NCBI GenBank assembly: GCA_038234295.1
Contig: JBBSUP010000001.1
Location: 3,493-67,492 of the forward strand
DNA: 64,000 nt
Reading direction: 5' to 3'
Source of the DNA: Chthoniobacterales bacterium
GTDB lineage: Bacteria; Verrucomicrobiota; Verrucomicrobiia; Chthoniobacterales; UBA10450
Of this stretch, positions 60,946 to 64,000 are shown in pieces. Below the pieces are notes generated by a model. The model had not been told where the DNA came from and searched no databases. It saw only the letters and a list, made by a program, of their open reading frames with translations. Every line of letters starts with the position of its first letter. The first letter of the stretch is position 1. Made by a program: the position numbers and the translations under genes.

Positions 60946-62987
60946 ATGAATTCCTGCAACGCCTGAAGCAGCGCAAGCTAGTGCAATGGACGCTGGCTTA
61001 CGTCGCCGCGGCCTTCGCCTTACTACAAGGGATCGATATTGTCGCGCAGCGCTTCGGCTGGCCCGAACAAACGATGCGCTTCGTTATTATCGCGCTCAGC
61101 ATCGGGCTGTTCGTCACGCTGGTGCTGGCCTGGTATCACGGGGAGCGCGGCGCGCAGCGGATCAACGGCACGGAGCTTCTGATTTTGGCGCTCTTACTCG
61201 CAATCGGCGGCGGATTTCTCTGGCGATTTGGCGGCGTGGCGCGCGCGCCGGTCGTCACATCCGCCGCTGCCCCCGCGGCGATACCTGCTACTTCCATTTC
61301 CGAGAAATCGATCGCGGTGCTGCCATTCGTTAGTCTCAGCAAAGACGAGGACAACATGTTCTTCGCTGACGGTGTGCAGGACCAAATCCTGACCAACCTT
61401 GCCAAAGTCGCCGGGCTGAAGGTCATCAGCCGCACGAGTGTAATGCAATACCGCAACGCGGCGGCGCGGAATCTTCGGGAGATCGCACAACAGCTCGGTG
61501 TCATCCATGTCCTGGAGGGAAGCGTGCAACGCGCCGCCGGCAAAGTCCGCGTCACCGCGCAGCTCATCGACGCGCGCAACGATGCCCACGAATGGGCGGA
61601 GAACTACGATCGGCCGATCGATGATGTGTTTGCCATCCAGAGTGAGATCGCAAAAACCATCGCCGAGCAACTTCAGGTTCATATTTCGCCAAATGAAGAA
61701 GCGGCCATGTCACGCGCGCCGACTACCGATCTGGTTGCGCAAAACCTGTACGTCAGAGCGAGGGAGCTCTCAACAGCCGGGCCCAATGACCCAAATGGAA
61801 AACAGGACCTGCTCGATGCGGTGCGGCTCGTTAACGAAGCGCTTGCCCGGGACCCGAGATTTTTTCTCGCCTACATCTCGCTAGCGCAAATCCACGACAA
61901 CCTCTACTGGGGCGGGTTTGATCACACTCCGACCCGGTTGGAGCTGGAGGAGGCGGCAATTGAAAGTGCCGCGCGTTTGCAGCCAGACGCCGGAGAAGTC
62001 CACCTCGTGCGCGCGTTGTACGCATACCACGCCCATCGCGACTATGACCGCGCTCGCGCCGAGCTGGAGATTGCAGGTAAAACCCTGCCCAATGACCCGC
62101 AGGTATATTACTTCACTGCACTCATCGATCGGCGACAAGCCCGGTGGGAGGACGCCCTGCGCAATTTTGATCGCGCACTCGAACTTGACCCACGCAACTT
62201 AACTCGGATGGATGAGGCTGGTCAGATCTACCAAGGTCTGCGGCGCTATGCCGAGTCGAGCCGCCTCTACCAACAAGCTGTCGCAATCCGCCCCGACTAC
62301 TACTTTGTTCGTTCACAGCTTGCGACAAACGCATTTTGGGAACGCGCGGACACGGGGCCGCTTGAAAAGCTCGCCAGCAATGGTGCACCCGAGCAAACCG
62401 AGATGGCGCAGCAAGCCGCTCCCGATCTTTTGTTGTGTGCGCTTGCCAAACGCGACCGGTCAACGGCGATGCGCGCTGTTGCTGCGATGCGACCCGAAGG
62501 CTTCCAGGATACCGGCAGCAATCTATTGCTACCGCGGGAATGGTTTGCGGGACTGGTCGCGCGAACGTTCGGCGACAAAGCCGCAGCCGACGCCGCCTTC
62601 AAACGCGCGCGCGCGATTATCGAAAAAACTCTGGGTGAACAAACTGATTACGCCGCGGGGTGGAGTTTCCTCGGTCTGATCGATGCCGCCCTTGACCGCA
62701 AAGACGATGCAATCCGGGAAGGACGTCATGCCTGCGAATTACTGCCTACCTCAGCAGACGCGCTCACTGGCCCTTTCTTAGTTCAAAATCTCGCATTGAT
62801 CTACACCTGGACGGGCAATAAGGACCTCGCATTACAGGAGCTTAGTAAAGCGGCCGAACTTCCATTCGGCATCAGCTATGGCGAACTGAAGCTCTTGCCA
62901 ATGTGGGATCCGCTCCGCGGTGACCCGCGCTTCGAGAAAATTGTCGCCTCGCTCGCGCCCAAGGAAACGAAGCCGAAACAACCATGA
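60942..62987 (+). CDS. membrane-anchored TolB-like domain - TPR protein
   Basis: 681 aa with two N-terminal helices. It has EKSIAVLPFVSLSKDEDNMFFADGVQDQILTNLAKVAGLKVISRTS...AHEWAENYDRPIDDVFAIQSEIAKTIAEQL, TPR repeats, and a C-terminal DPLRGDPRFEKIV. Confidence 0.85.
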   Translation: MNEFLQRLKQRKLVQWTLAYVAAAFALLQGIDIVAQRFGWPEQTMRFVIIALSIGLFVTLVLAWYHGERGAQRINGTELLILALLLAIGGGFLWRFGGVARAPVVTSAAAPAAIPATSISEKSIAVLPFVSLSKDEDNMFFADGVQDQILTNLAKVAGLKVISRTSVMQYRNAAARNLREIAQQLGVIHVLEGSVQRAAGKVRVTAQLIDARNDAHEWAENYDRPIDDVFAIQSEIAKTIAEQLQVHISPNEEAAMSRAPTTDLVAQNLYVRARELSTAGPNDPNGKQDLLDAVRLVNEALARDPRFFLAYISLAQIHDNLYWGGFDHTPTRLELEEAAIESAARLQPDAGEVHLVRALYAYHAHRDYDRARAELEIAGKTLPNDPQVYYFTALIDRRQARWEDALRNFDRALELDPRNLTRMDEAGQIYQGLRRYAESSRLYQQAVAIRPDYYFVRSQLATNAFWERADTGPLEKLASNGAPEQTEMAQQAAPDLLLCALAKRDRSTAMRAVAAMRPEGFQDTGSNLLLPREWFAGLVARTFGDKAAADAAFKRARAIIEKTLGEQTDYAAGWSFLGLIDAALDRKDDAIREGRHACELLPTSADALTGPFLVQNLALIYTWTGNKDLALQELSKAAELPFGISYGELKLLPMWDPLRGDPRFEKIVASLAPKETKPKQP

Positions 62988-64000
62988 ACCCGCGCAACTT
63001 CTTCACCGAGCTCACGCGGCGCAACGTTTACAAGGTCGCGGCCGCTTATGCGGTGGTCTCGTGGCTGCTGATCCAGGCGGCTTCGATCATACTTCCTACA
63101 TTCGAAGCGCCAGGCTGGACGATGAAGGTTCTCATCGCGGCACTCGCGGTCGGTTTTCCTATTGCCGTCGTTCTGGCGTGGGCGTTTGAGATCACACCGG
63201 AAGGAATCGTCCGCGCCGAAGATGTCATTCCTAACAAGTCGATCGCGCGCCGGACGGGGCGGAAGCTCGTCGGGATCACGATGGCATTGGCAGTCATCGC
63301 AGCGGGTTTGCTGGGGTGGCAACTGGTAGAGCGCGACCGTTGGGCGCGCCGCGCGGAGGACACTGCCGCACCGATTGGACGGCCCAGAGGTCCGTTCCTA
63401 CCAGTCCCGGAGAAATCGATCGCGGTGCTGCCGTTTGATAATCTGAGCGACGAGAAAGGGAACGCCTACTTTGCGGAAGGGGTGCAGGACGAAATCCTGA
63501 CCCGACTGGCCAAGGTCGCGGATCTGAAAGTGATCTCGCGCACCTCGACGCAGCGCTTCAAAAGCGCGCCGGAAAACCTACCGGAGATCGCGCGGCAACT
63601 CGGAGTCGCTCACATCCTCGAAGGCAGCGTGCAGAAAGCCGCCGACCAAGTGCGGGTGAACGTGCAGCTCATTCACGCCGCGAGCGACGCGCATCTCTGG
63701 GCCGATACCTTCGATCGTAAACTGACCGACATCTTCGCGGTCGAGAGCGAGATCGCAAAAACCATCGCCGACACTTTGCAGGTGAAGCTGACCGGGTCGG
63801 AGAAAATCCAGCTCGCGAAAAAACCGACAGCGAACCCCGAAGCCTATGAGCTTTATCTCAAGGGGCGCTTCTTCTGGAACAAACGCACCGGCCCCGATCT
63901 ACGAAAAGCGATCGACTACTTCACCGGTGCGATCGCGAAGGACGCGGCTTACGCGCTGGCCTACGCCGCGCTGGCCCAAACCTGGGTTTTGCTGCCGGCC
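62984..64000 (+). CDS. membrane-anchored TolB-like domain - TPR protein, partial (continues past window)
   Basis: ATG 62984 overlaps the upstream TGA. The frame is open to the window end: MNPRNFFTELTRRNVYKVAAAYAVVSWLLIQ..EKSIAVLPFDNLSDEKGNAYFAEGVQDEILTRLAKVADLKVISRTS..AHLWADTFDRKLTDIFAVESEIAKTIADTL. It is not in the ORF track because no stop codon is reached. Confidence 0.85.
   Translation, partial: MNPRNFFTELTRRNVYKVAAAYAVVSWLLIQAASIILPTFEAPGWTMKVLIAALAVGFPIAVVLAWAFEITPEGIVRAEDVIPNKSIARRTGRKLVGITMALAVIAAGLLGWQLVERDRWARRAEDTAAPIGRPRGPFLPVPEKSIAVLPFDNLSDEKGNAYFAEGVQDEILTRLAKVADLKVISRTSTQRFKSAPENLPEIARQLGVAHILEGSVQKAADQVRVNVQLIHAASDAHLWADTFDRKLTDIFAVESEIAKTIADTLQVKLTGSEKIQLAKKPTANPEAYELYLKGRFFWNKRTGPDLRKAIDYFTGAIAKDAAYALAYAALAQTWVLLPA

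Noticed and set aside
1-64000. A search for CRISPR arrays, rRNA genes, prophage structural genes, and recognisable restriction-modification or other named defence systems beyond AbiE.
   Set aside because: No regularly spaced direct repeats, no rRNA-like sequence, and no capsid, terminase or methyltransferase motifs were seen in any long ORF.

Overview
This is a GC-rich bacterial chromosomal window. Gene content and repeat style suggest a soil Verrucomicrobiota- or Planctomycetes-like organism, but I cannot verify that here. All calls come from reading the supplied ORF translations and the DNA by eye; no searches were run.

Gene order, left to right:
- Two ECF sigma/anti-sigma pairs.
- A 4.2-kb integrative element bounded by a 52-bp duplication of the 5' half of tRNA-Thr. 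It carries an integrase, an excisionase-like HTH protein, an XRE regulator and AbiEi/AbiEii, with the toxin gene interrupted by an in-frame TAG.
- recC-recB-recD.
- A tightly coupled 5-gene operon: coiled-coil protein, BON/OmpA membrane protein, Ras-like small GTPase, histidine-kinase-like protein lacking the phospho-His, and an Asp-less receiver fused to an MBL hydrolase.
- A DUF427 gene.
- A 3-gene module present twice: a secreted beta-helix protein divergent from a kinase-associated ECF sigma plus a Ser/Thr kinase-TPR protein. The copies are separated by a glycosyltransferase and a relic of the priA 3' end.
- priA, an SLT transglycosylase, and an apparently frameshifted trypsin-like protease.
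- A 1539-aa CheB-CheR-PAS-histidine kinase.
- A divergent pair of small Cys4 paralogs.
- A co-oriented array of small accessory genes punctuated by a ~105-bp repeat, then an IS5-family IS.
- BON and glycine-zipper proteins.
- Three tandem TolB-like/TPR membrane paralogs; the first carries a class III cyclase domain.

Many neighbouring genes overlap as ATGA.

The strongest signal not explained by genes is 25 exact copies of the 9-mer GCCTAACGA, split 13/12 between strands. They sit in all reading frames, often as Ser-Leu-Gly = TCG TTA GGC. They are concentrated in recBCD and the GTPase operon and absent from the mobile or atypical segments, which resembles a DNA-uptake-type sequence.

The best candidate for an undescribed protein system is the GTPase / pseudo-two-component / OmpA operon at 16.0-21.5 kb.
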